64,000 nt of DNA from a virus. Under the pieces are notes generated by a model. It did no database searches and was not told where the DNA came from. It worked only from the letters and a program-made list of their open reading frames with translations. The position numbers were made by a program, and so were the translations under genes. This document shows, in pieces, positions 33,501 through 40,107 of the stretch; within the stretch, counting starts at the first letter, position 1; every line of letters begins with the position of its first letter. Location of the stretch: positions 7,014 to 71,013 of the IMG/VR virus record IMGVR_UViG_3300009124_000009; one strand, written 5' to 3'.

Positions 33501-36500
33501 ATATCAGATGCAATAGCGTAAGTTACTAGACCATCCGCACCCTCTTGTACTTTGGTGTTGGAAATAGTAGTAATTTTGCCATCATAACCAAATTTTGCAA
33601 TATCAGTGCTTCTTTCTTTAGTTGTCGAATCAACTTTATTGATAGCAACAGCAACATCGCCAAAAATGTCAATATCTGCGGATGCGATGCTTACACTGTC
33701 AGTGTCAGAAATTGCATATCTGTAGTTCCAGACCAAAACTGCATCTAGATCAAATTTACCAATCCAAACCGCATTAGTTTTTGACTGTGCAATATCATAC
33801 AACGTTGCGGTAACAATAATTTCATCAAACTCATTTAGAGTGAATTTAGCATCTTTGAACCAGTTTGCAGATTGTGTAAACTCTTTAGTCCAAACCAATT
33901 CAATACCAAAAGCAAGAACTTCTAATTTAGAAATTGCAATAGTGGTATTTGTTGAGCTGGCATTTGGAGTAACCTCAAGCAGAGCGTAGATAAATTGATC
34001 TTTTACAAACAGATCAAGTACTTTTTCAGATTTGCTGTCAGAAGAGATTTTTCTCTTAGTGACAAATTCACCATTGTTGCTCATCATAGCAACAAAAGCA
34101 TCATGTGGATAAGTTGAGTTTGTATTAGTGTAACCACCGATAACAAAACGATTATCGCTATATTGAACGATAGAAGATATGTGGTCCGCACGGGTGGCAC
34201 CAGAAATACCTGCCAGACCCTTCTGGAACCCTGTAGAAGCAGACAAACCATCTGCTGCTTCATCATAGCGCACAAAAATTACATCGGGGTTGTAGGCGCT
34301 TTGGATGGTAGTGTTTGGAGATACTTCACCAACAACATATACCTTACGATCGTAATATGCTAGTTTGACGAACCTGAGAGTTCTGGCGCTTGCAACTGGA
34401 GCATTTGGAGATAAAGTCTTTTCCCATTGTTTTGCACCTGTAGCAGAATACTTAGCAACGAAACCAATAATATGACCAGAAGAATTTTTAGTTTCTCCAC
34501 AAACGTAACTAATTTTATTATCGGTTACGAAAATGTCGAGAATCTTAGTGTATTGTTCATTTCTCAGAGATCCCTGGAAATATTCTGCTTTCCTTAGTAC
34601 CTGTGGGTGTGAAATAAGAATTCTTGGGTCTTCAGTAAATCCACTACCAGAATTGACGATGTTGAATTCAGTAACAGTACCAGTTGTAGCATTGATAATT
34701 GGTTCAATTCTTGCATCAATACCATCACCATCAATATCGATAGAAATGGGCACATCATCATTATAACCAGTACCAGGTTGGGTAACCTTTAGAGATTCAA
34801 TACCATTGATAACTCTAACTTTCAGTTGCTTATCAGAGTCTTCTAGTTGTGGTTTATAATCAACCTCAACTTTGTCCCCAATGACAATTTCATGAGGTAC
34901 TGTTGTTTGAATGACACCATAAGGAACGTCATTGATAGTTTCAAAAGTAAACGACTGAATTGTTTTACCACGAATAGTTCTAACTTCAGCAGAAGCACCA
35001 TCACCATCAGTGTCAGTATTATCAAAAACCAAACGGTCTTTTACCTGATAACTAGAACCTGGGTTTTCGACGATAAAACCATCAACTCTAGCATCTTCAA
35101 ACTTCGTTGTTGTTTCAACTTCAATATCAACTCTAGAGTCAAAACTTACTCTTGGGAAGTAGTCAAATACTTCAAGTTTTGCTTCTTCTTGCAGTTGATT
35201 GAGATTATCAATTTCAGTTTGACTAATGGTGCCATCACCATCATCGTCCATAGCATCAAATACAAGAATATCACCATCTTCAGCAGTCAAGAAGTCTGTT
35301 TCTACGTTAGGAGCACGCTCAACATCAATATCAACATCTTCAAATGGATCGCGGAATCTAATGACGCCTTCTGGGATGTTTTGCTGAATAGCGTTACGAT
35401 TCAGGTTCCAAGTATCAACGATAGAGTTCCATGCAGGACCCATAATATATGGGAATTTGGGAACACCATTTTCGGAAGCATCAATAGTTACAAAATAAGC
35501 ATATGTGCCATCTGGATACTCTGGAGTCTTACAGAAACGACCATTGTACTGATCTAGACCACCAAGACCAAAAACATATTCATAGTCTTCAACAAAAAGA
35601 CCGCCAGCAAATTGTGCCAATGGAGGACCATCAGTTCTGACTGGTGTTGGGTTTGTAATAGCATTGTAAACAAGTTCTTGCTTTAGTCTATAACTTGTAG
35701 TAATGCGCTGAATTTCCGATCCCTGATCAGTTGCATCAGAATAACCATATGGACCGTAAATTGGGTTGCCGTCAAATGCCCAACCAATAATAGGGGAGTG
35801 CTCAATACCAGTTTCTGCTTCAAGAAGTCTAGTAGCATCTTCATTCTGTACTACGTTGTCACCAAGAACATAGCGCAGTCTTTGTGGGTTTGAAAGGTGC
35901 CCATATTCACCACCATACTGATTATTATATCCAGAGAATACAGAACCATTCGCTTCATCTACATCAATTTGTTCTTGTAGGTTATAAGTCCACTGGAATA
36001 CATCGGCATCAAACAAAGCACCAGAACCAACCGATACCAGATCAATAGTTGTAGTTCCAGAAGTATATCCAATACCTCTGTTTACGATTTCAATTCTGGT
36101 AACACGACCAGCATTTTCACCATCGGTATCAATAACTGCTCTTGCTTTAGCACCGAAACCAGTTCCACCAATAACTACATTTGGTGCAGTTGTATAACCA
36201 CCGCCAGCATTGACGATAGCAATAGAAATGATTCTACCATTGCTAATAATTGCCTGTGCAACAGCACCTTCACCAGAACTTAGAGAAATGAGTGGTTTGT
36301 CACTATAATCAGAACCAGCATTAGTAATTACTGCTTGCTTGATAGGACCACGAACTTTTGCTTCAGCAGTTGCGCCAGCACCACCGCCACCAGAAATTGT
36401 AATGACTGGTCTAGAGGTATATCCAGTGCCAGGACTAGTAACAATAATTTGAGTTACTCTTCCCTGAGAAACAATAGCAGTTGCTGCAGCACCCTGACCG

Positions 36501-39500
36501 TTACCACCGACAATCGAAACCAAAGGAATTCCAGTATATCCAGAACCACCATCAGTAATATCAATCTCAGTAATACTACCATCAACAGTCACAGTTGCTC
36601 TAGCACCAGAACCAGTCTCTCCTGTTTTGGTCGTGATAGTCATAATTGGTGGACTATCTGCATCATAATCTTGACCAGCATTAGTAAGATTGATCGCAGT
36701 AATCGAACCGTAAGTCTTCTTCTCAGTAGACTTATAAGACCAAACAGAAACACCGTTTACAAATGTACCAATAGGACCAGGAGATGCCTGAGTCTTAGTA
36801 GAAATTGTTTGTACATTCAGTGGGAAACGATTCAGTTTACGCTGGTTGCCTGGAACAAGTGCAGATGCACCAAAAGGACCAATTGGATAGTTTGGAAGAC
36901 CAGTTGATGCAACGTAAACGTAGTCGTCGTTGAAGAATGTATTTTGAATATTTGCGGTATAGTACCTGATCTGGTTGAAGATCGAGATATCAGTGGAACG
37001 ACCTTTGTTTAGGTCAATAGACGCAAGAATAGTACCCTGGGGTGCAATGCCACCCGTATCGGTTTGAGTGAGGTACTGGAACTCTTTACGGTTATCTTTA
37101 TTGATCGAAATAACTGTAAAAGATCCGTTATAAACGATTGGGTTTGCACCGTAGATGGTAACTCGGTCACCAACCAGCAAACCATGATCAACATCACTAT
37201 ATGCAGTAGCAACTCTGCCAGCACCCTGAATTTCAGTAATACCAACCAGTTTCTTGACGTTATATCTCCAAGAATCTAGTTGAGGAGAAGAACCAGTAGC
37301 ACCTAGTTTTGCAACAGTTAGTTTGTCACCAGCAAGATAATAGGATCCTGTGTCAGTTAGGGTCGTCGAACCCGCTTCAGCGATACCTAGAATTTCTAGT
37401 TGAACTTCGTTTGATAGACCTTTGTTTACATAAACTCTAAAGTTGGATTTGACGATCGTGCCAGCATCCCAATCTTCAACAACATTGTTTACAGAACGTG
37501 TACATTCAATAAATTGGTTCAAAGATTTCTCTTTGTACTGAATGAGTTCATCTCCGATAAGAATTTCGCCGTTTCTTTCTGGCCAACCTACAGTAGAGTC
37601 AACTGTAATGATACCATTAGTTTGATTGATTCCTTCTACAAGACGAGTCTTATATGGAATTGCAAATCTACCAAGAATAGTTTCTTCAGAAAGAATTAGT
37701 TCATAAATTGTAAATGTAGAAGTTTCAATCGTAAGATAGTTTTCAATTAGTGCTTGTGCGGCAGTTACATTCGTATCAACCAAGTCTGCTTCTTGAATTA
37801 GAAGACCATCTCTAAGATCTTCTGCATTGCCACTAACAATAGCGGCACGAACAATAGTATCTACTGCCCAAGTAGCATCAGATGGTTTGATAATCTGCTC
37901 TCGTGGATAAGATACACTAACTTCTTCACCATAAAGAAGTCTAAACAGATAATCAATTGCTTGAGTAGTACCTTTAGAATTATAAAAATCTCTAATATTC
38001 TTGACAACGTTATTTACGTCAATCTTTTCAATATCAATGAAAGGAAGATCTGGTAAAAATTGATCAATGAAACTGCTCAGCATCTTCTTGAGGAACAAAC
38101 CATCAAGACAGTCAACCTTTGCTCCAGAAGCAACAGTATGCGTTGCAGCAGAAGTCATAGCTTGGAATTTGATATTACCGATGTTATCAAAACCAATTGG
38201 ACCAGCAACACCACGAGCACACCCTTCAAATTGTGCTTTTCTGTAATTTCTGCCAGATTCAATAATTTCAAAACCAGTTACACCACTAAAAGCAATTTCA
38301 ACCGATGCTTCTGCTTGAGGTGGTCTTTGAATAAAGATTTTTGGTGGATTTGCTGGATCGTATCCCGTACCAAAATTGGTTACGTTGATATCGGTAATCG
38401 AACCGTTGAAAATAGATGCAGTTGCTGTGGCACCACTACCACCAATATAATTTCCTGCAGTGTCTTTTCTGTCATCAACAATGTAGATAGATGGAATATC
38501 TTCAAATCCCAAACCACCATTCAAAAGTTCAATATTAGTGACTCTGCCCAAAGAATCTACTTGAACTTCCAAAACTTGAGCAAGTGTTGGTTCAATAATA
38601 GCAACTCTAGGAGGAGTTACATATCCTCTACCTGGATTATTGATTGTTACACTGTCAACTTCACCCGAAGCATTGATTGTTGTGGTAATCTGTGCTTGAA
38701 TGGGATCACCGCCAGTAGGAGGATCAATATATACCAAAGGTGCAGTGCTGTAGTTTTTACCCGCAGTCAGAAGTTCTACACTACCAACTACAAGTTGACC
38801 ACCAGAAATTGATGGTTGAGAAATTGTTGCACCACCTGGATCTTCAAAAGTAATACGAGGAACAAAAGTATAGTTTGAACCAGAAGAAAGAAGTTCTAGA
38901 GAAGTTACAGAACCATTTTCAACATTTGCTTTGATTTCTGCAGTTTTGCCGCTAACAGGATCTTGGGCAATAACTTTTGGTGGGTTAGATGCAGAATAAC
39001 CACTACCACCTTTCAGCAGACGCATTGTTTTTACGCCACTGACAAGAGAAATTGCCGTTGCACCTGATCCACCACCTTTGGTAATTCTAACCTTTGGTGG
39101 ATTTTGATTTCTATATCCAGTACCAGAGTTTTTTACAAGAATTGAAATAACTTGCCCATTATCATCAATTTTTGCAATTGCCGATGCACCATTACCAAAG
39201 GAAGGAATTGGTGCTTCAATAGAACGAATATGAACGGTTTTACCTAATGGATATGCTTCTTTGAAGATAATTGTAGATTCGTAGATACTGTAGTCTACGT
39301 TAGGAGTCAGAAGATTACCGTCTACAAGAACTACTGTATATTCAGCAGTGACTGGTACATAGGTTTCTCCAGAACGAAGAAGTGCAAACTCTCTTTCAGA
39401 GTTGTCAAAATCAGATTGAATATTATCAGTAACTCTAATAAAATCTTGAGAAAATCCCTTTAGATAAAAAATGCTAACATTACCTATGCTATCAGAAGCA

Positions 39501-40087
39501 GTTGGTGTTCTTGGTGCTTGAGCAAAGACAACATTAGTGCCTTCGATAGTGTAATCAACACCAGGAATTTGATATTCGTCATAAACTTTGATTACCAAGT
39601 GCTCTTGACTTGGAGGAGTGATGGGAAGATCGCCAGATTTTAGTTGGAATGATCTTGTAGTTCCATCAAACTGAAAATATGGATTTACGAGTTCAACCCA
39701 TCTATTGCGGAAAGAATTGTAATCAATACCATCAGTGATAGCAACGTTTGGAGCCTGGGTTGCTCTTTCGTAGAAAATGATTTCGTCGCCAATCTTGATT
39801 GTTCCATTTTCTTCTACAAATCCGTAAACGTCTTCGACAATAATCGTATCAGAAGTCTCATCTACATCTTCAAGAACATATGCACCACCTTCAAGAAGTC
39901 GAAGGTCATATTCGTCAATGTCAAGATAATTTGTTAGGTTGTTGAGAATATTATAACTCAAACCAGTTTTTTCTTGAGACTTGTAATAGTACTCAAGAAA
40001 TTTGACGAGTTGAGGGTTATCCCTGTCTATAAATTCAGGAACCTGTTCCCTAATAGCACGAGAGACCTTATTGATTTCTGTGTTCAT
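21587..40087 (-). CDS. gp7: Giant baseplate wedge initiator (gp7-like), 6166 aa multidomain virion protein
   Basis: Directly follows gp6; N-terminus EQVPEFIDRDNPQLVKFLEYYYKS, IRDFYNSKGT..LFRLLYGE and QDSFYYQTFSY..HPAGFKLFG are gp7-like motifs; contains two LamG-like domains, a YHYH half-domain and helical repeats. Confidence 0.8.
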   Translation of the reverse strand: MNTEINKVSRAIREQVPEFIDRDNPQLVKFLEYYYKSQEKTGLSYNILNNLTNYLDIDEYDLRLLEGGAYVLEDVDETSDTIIVEDVYGFVEENGTIKIGDEIIFYERATQAPNVAITDGIDYNSFRNRWVELVNPYFQFDGTTRSFQLKSGDLPITPPSQEHLVIKVYDEYQIPGVDYTIEGTNVVFAQAPRTPTASDSIGNVSIFYLKGFSQDFIRVTDNIQSDFDNSEREFALLRSGETYVPVTAEYTVVLVDGNLLTPNVDYSIYESTIIFKEAYPLGKTVHIRSIEAPIPSFGNGASAIAKIDDNGQVISILVKNSGTGYRNQNPPKVRITKGGGSGATAISLVSGVKTMRLLKGGSGYSASNPPKVIAQDPVSGKTAEIKANVENGSVTSLELLSSGSNYTFVPRITFEDPGGATISQPSISGGQLVVGSVELLTAGKNYSTAPLVYIDPPTGGDPIQAQITTTINASGEVDSVTINNPGRGYVTPPRVAIIEPTLAQVLEVQVDSLGRVTNIELLNGGLGFEDIPSIYIVDDRKDTAGNYIGGSGATATASIFNGSITDINVTNFGTGYDPANPPKIFIQRPPQAEASVEIAFSGVTGFEIIESGRNYRKAQFEGCARGVAGPIGFDNIGNIKFQAMTSAATHTVASGAKVDCLDGLFLKKMLSSFIDQFLPDLPFIDIEKIDVNNVVKNIRDFYNSKGTTQAIDYLFRLLYGEEVSVSYPREQIIKPSDATWAVDTIVRAAIVSGNAEDLRDGLLIQEADLVDTNVTAAQALIENYLTIETSTFTIYELILSEETILGRFAIPYKTRLVEGINQTNGIITVDSTVGWPERNGEILIGDELIQYKEKSLNQFIECTRSVNNVVEDWDAGTIVKSNFRVYVNKGLSNEVQLEILGIAEAGSTTLTDTGSYYLAGDKLTVAKLGATGSSPQLDSWRYNVKKLVGITEIQGAGRVATAYSDVDHGLLVGDRVTIYGANPIVYNGSFTVISINKDNRKEFQYLTQTDTGGIAPQGTILASIDLNKGRSTDISIFNQIRYYTANIQNTFFNDDYVYVASTGLPNYPIGPFGASALVPGNQRKLNRFPLNVQTISTKTQASPGPIGTFVNGVSVWSYKSTEKKTYGSITAINLTNAGQDYDADSPPIMTITTKTGETGSGARATVTVDGSITEIDITDGGSGYTGIPLVSIVGGNGQGAAATAIVSQGRVTQIIVTSPGTGYTSRPVITISGGGGAGATAEAKVRGPIKQAVITNAGSDYSDKPLISLSSGEGAVAQAIISNGRIISIAIVNAGGGYTTAPNVVIGGTGFGAKARAVIDTDGENAGRVTRIEIVNRGIGYTSGTTTIDLVSVGSGALFDADVFQWTYNLQEQIDVDEANGSVFSGYNNQYGGEYGHLSNPQRLRYVLGDNVVQNEDATRLLEAETGIEHSPIIGWAFDGNPIYGPYGYSDATDQGSEIQRITTSYRLKQELVYNAITNPTPVRTDGPPLAQFAGGLFVEDYEYVFGLGGLDQYNGRFCKTPEYPDGTYAYFVTIDASENGVPKFPYIMGPAWNSIVDTWNLNRNAIQQNIPEGVIRFRDPFEDVDIDVERAPNVETDFLTAEDGDILVFDAMDDDGDGTISQTEIDNLNQLQEEAKLEVFDYFPRVSFDSRVDIEVETTTKFEDARVDGFIVENPGSSYQVKDRLVFDNTDTDGDGASAEVRTIRGKTIQSFTFETINDVPYGVIQTTVPHEIVIGDKVEVDYKPQLEDSDKQLKVRVINGIESLKVTQPGTGYNDDVPISIDIDGDGIDARIEPIINATTGTVTEFNIVNSGSGFTEDPRILISHPQVLRKAEYFQGSLRNEQYTKILDIFVTDNKISYVCGETKNSSGHIIGFVAKYSATGAKQWEKTLSPNAPVASARTLRFVKLAYYDRKVYVVGEVSPNTTIQSAYNPDVIFVRYDEAADGLSASTGFQKGLAGISGATRADHISSIVQYSDNRFVIGGYTNTNSTYPHDAFVAMMSNNGEFVTKRKISSDSKSEKVLDLFVKDQFIYALLEVTPNASSTNTTIAISKLEVLAFGIELVWTKEFTQSANWFKDAKFTLNEFDEIIVTATLYDIAQSKTNAVWIGKFDLDAVLVWNYRYAISDTDSVSIASADIDIFGDVAVAINKVDSTTKERSTDIAKFGYDGKITTISNTKVQEGADGLVTYAIASDISGDVYIGGQTSWNRNEFVLDFASDALADVTGAITDPVLTQTNDSALQVNERLSFIGIDNVTTNYTPTHLQFVGSELQDAFGDGESWTFEAFVFVPSTRVTNLSQTHHTVFAITDDAQQNGGVMLLIDVANFDLELYAANSTTALDTVSPASSTGSIVTQDRWHHIAVTRTGNDFKVYLNGGSPVITATSADVPTSDRELYVGNFPGLVSAGVFEQATQASFAIDNIKLRNRVIDTFTLPSDIASATTENYTFTDTAFFTAYTAKYDYIDYIGDYIKSDKNVDSVRLGTFPNQGSNFSGYKQVRSSVTANLPSSLTLGSGDWAVGASGLQVLDLNNADTSHVVDEVTSTFGQDIWSSRTATVPAPGSQKVKVDAKVIGKFFIKSADTLKIDNIQKLTINQDFKFTEKAKLTLNTEAGAFINSGYIVDIDTTNNQIYLAVNNNSWSNDLNTGLLSTSQFDEGDTYGIVGPTVNDVNQIVSYEFPQTTYTTIGEFDIDMSTVSYLGGTLNNFAKFKSYSDENYAVRIDEVSGSSPYVKGSLVTIPDYIDPITQVPTDPSGNLSFTNSDNTAIQITGLTGVTKITLFATLDKTLRVSAVENTDEVYVITSNRHYLSVGSMIFVDGNPTQTVGNVDYDEYDGAFPVDTIVSSKEFIYKLDDVATTNPAVSAGSVDIYAKSPVIKMYYGHQYEFDVSHPSMQGYFLSFSKDNLNKLEYSFNSIIRTGTPGVVATGSPTPKVVFKVTEPEITNISYYFDPSRVGANSPVDSEAYLAVTYSPYLGEHTVGFLGGATITRGPDIIKFALNDEPEGPANIVYAAYSTSSEKVVGEIGDIRIINSGGFYKKLPIVSGIISSRKIERINILEPGTEYAVGVYEGVAISGDGEGGRVNITVEDGTDEEGITIPGQISSVVITSAGKGYTSAFIDLEAIPGILGPGLTGSGAELQVEIPPFGSGASIFTRGTNVGKIKNLKNNNFGYDYPHDYTLRPEITFPVNAQLINTSILDNITVTDPGSGYSQPPAVIIEGGGGSGAIAEATIKNGRIDQIFVKDPGAGYSSEPTVSLKSSFNYVVNLDLGLLQFSFPHGIENGAEVQLQVQDDGEDEGAFPIAGGATGTLNASTTYYAISGTAQSLEPDQLKLAITPSNAELGDAIAFVNAGNGRQILLTDSFGGAARANVITGGFLAGEEIYQGDDINNPTAIGYVSENDGWLVGPRLLKLVDYTGTFNIGDKLTGRISKSSGVIASISVARGVLQIDSITKTTGQFIDDSGKLSEIIQRVQDSFYYQTFSYAVQSSVSIESWRNLLLTNVHPAGFKLFGQLQLTESATIENRTTDFELTKSVNLADSAIVPNIQNFALVEPIYTQYNNTEVLFRQKRLTSSENILTSIVQRLDDISDQFDGQKISFPLSVALEPVSASADQLMIVLNGVVQTPIESYVIQGNNIVFAEPPQPPASVKYAQVETRFLSVYRLSFSNVSGIFPTLGFSIVGLTSRWRGTVISTSGNTIDVFFNGVAGDDLNTLAGLPESEAGEGNYIIGETFNVGATGFLGILDSVTQIKNANVQTDHLYEFKETITNLDAEIATIEEINLEVGQDRPIARLRYTVGVSTSSIEVLDYASISPAPVEPGTFLVGERYQFGSEVFEVTEVVNGSDSTTLTVLRGQIGTTPAQQQESTPLYGTSIEVTNDLTLSKTTGTYQSTPGLFSIAQYDIIVGQKSGVVSLVERAINYTNPVDGSVIPQVIISEGSTFFGLLFNRISSPNYPNVVLDNIADSQIQINDYDTNLVSFDANFPGGEFVNNYVITYNQETGDILDGEFIRSYKFEYGNDTGNFDSDELVQSRKLAIKDKEGNGFFSVGQIIRTINAKAEVLGYAAGRGILYLGKTGRGSANGLDYHVATFNGSAAISTDQKKFGTASAEFDGVDSSISILTNTSDFAFGTDSFTLEFWVRPSSVTGTQNLLDFRATATEVAARVYLEGAQVRYNVNGSDIAVSSLNLAVDTWYHVAIVRASGQSLLYIDGDQRGGGADTNSFAAKNVYIGGNLGNFFNGFIDEVRVSTTNRYTANFVAPTGIFQGDANTMLLLHMDGEDGATNTIDWSGAAVWNETDEFVNTGIAFRYYDAASEILNNIDLIANEAAHRTDLQYPKLHIPSTIVGDRYADAYNLLFANLDFIANEAYERISPTPPAGTTSQDCIDDVYDVIRNIAYNVKYGFNSKTWDAANLYTDGAVIQHLSGNEQDSVDVFNEARDIAKQIINNTTVTISGTHGLTQTKDTTITYVFGGCTDVEAVIDELMQIVTDTIMDPDGNDAATYPSSAATITRTHPTYINCVDDVRDVTRQIMRDIRDGGNARTWDAAAFYVDRTLNPIQLNHVVGEEAATVYAYQQARDLAIAIMRQDTLTLVGDHGLTPDYDTTITIDTSSPYCADVASALTTLYDIVADTVDEAYNNQVDHLATVTRTSAEFEYGGAKVYAYRSDDLTVRYVDGVNKFFWTNEIIDDTRYRFQDAANLIELNTEAIIDETSGRLLAYYPNLVTEMPRNTDGTGSGTARCKTDLSLLTAAMVKDLRFGGNFYTTEAAKFYLGQNDEIIHIRLQLYGSLYAHEQLGEMMKLAITGDLEASAQYTDAVIIPDIGITNDPGGCADVKTAIDNLVTTLNDILSPVGDRYKDAVNLIVFNKDYIAEEAVGLMEDEFFYTLSNNNTYQSFTYPGGSIDGRNKCIRDAGYIIEGIMADLLTGGNNSTLSAVEAYLNSALEIFSVEDQLAATVYAYEQIAFLCKKAVNNLLQTANNIQITNDHYVAQHTQENAYVDFTITDSNDDGDPSNYTAGDCADVQTAIDNLTTALVATLAPSGDTGRSAAQMLLFNKNYYAREIEQSVLAQWGSGSWNEDEFLDTLVDDIIHDILVTQETAITNQTTAEYTNTQTYNSVRQLTSTVQDIEQTLNLIPVGSVEDFSGWTQTATSTVTVDAANGPDGTATADKFIPSTNANDDKSLYRDYALTAYTTFDRDNLSFDAGNLTFDEGVDASVQRYTFSAFFKSSGYDRARIRLQWDDAHYAFFNLDLAAGTKGSTFTAGVQNVASSIFAQGDGWYRAYISFDVPFGVSSVRLIMFGMNNSSQPTGAGDGTNGVLFWGAKLNKGDIDIYESQNGTLFYPNNAYNIRNYIIDEVETYMSAALNQTLVDPSPQTTFPSYTNATLAADYTAADIIAMIGYYTGLYRNQLLDQEYYSTIDVYNGIELQPKTYGTRNIPVPLGGEIVGASFVYGTSTDNYAEVESYSINEAEVATSFVRLTVSGITDGPFVLNDTAAKQGAPTVTGTIYAFYSDENFAYIDMIITAGPWAIGDVITTSEGAYATIDAIEERIHVIGLRGSFESNVPFKAYTSNVRAVTTNFIRSEAAVTSNTGGKLTVDTDSLVGPFEPTSVVYPESSRLYLDINQYAGLELNVGENIVSGGYVRFGVVSDALLDQFDVGGTLYGIIAGTRDANKRAIITEVDLDNGYLYVQPFLGTFNNGDAVGYFGPLDEEFPVGFATIQTNLTVAGNASARIVDIKQVGTGKRVFVSQVKGTWTSRETLKGRAGFAAQIETVVELKARVKRSFRGFDGVQTTFKLTTANGTPYFPDPEGHLLIFINGILQPPGSLFAYTAFSDNIQFSEPPEVGASFTGYYVGKLRQLDDISFEFDSLRQSFNLRRGGTFYSLTLTDGVQSATVRPENNIVVSLNGVIQEPGIAFNIVGSRIIFAEIPRVGSTFVAFSYVGSEADVDAEIVVPPVEPGDILDIQGETEDREVAVIESSNSLITFDYLGSVFGKDAAATANITRGRITEARVTSGGSGYTSRPLVRVDSISGFDSNIKALIGVERVELSNEGSGYKYPVVIAESSVPDDWTPPNLADYPADGTPAIVVDQLGTGSSGGQVVQEPDAGSGVVDDTPTTSGGTTSGGGVTGETSGGTDTEGGTSEEETTGWTAPTSAYTISNFDITSIWSSSTS

Positions 40088-40107
40088 TCCCTTCTACTAA
40101 GCAGTAA

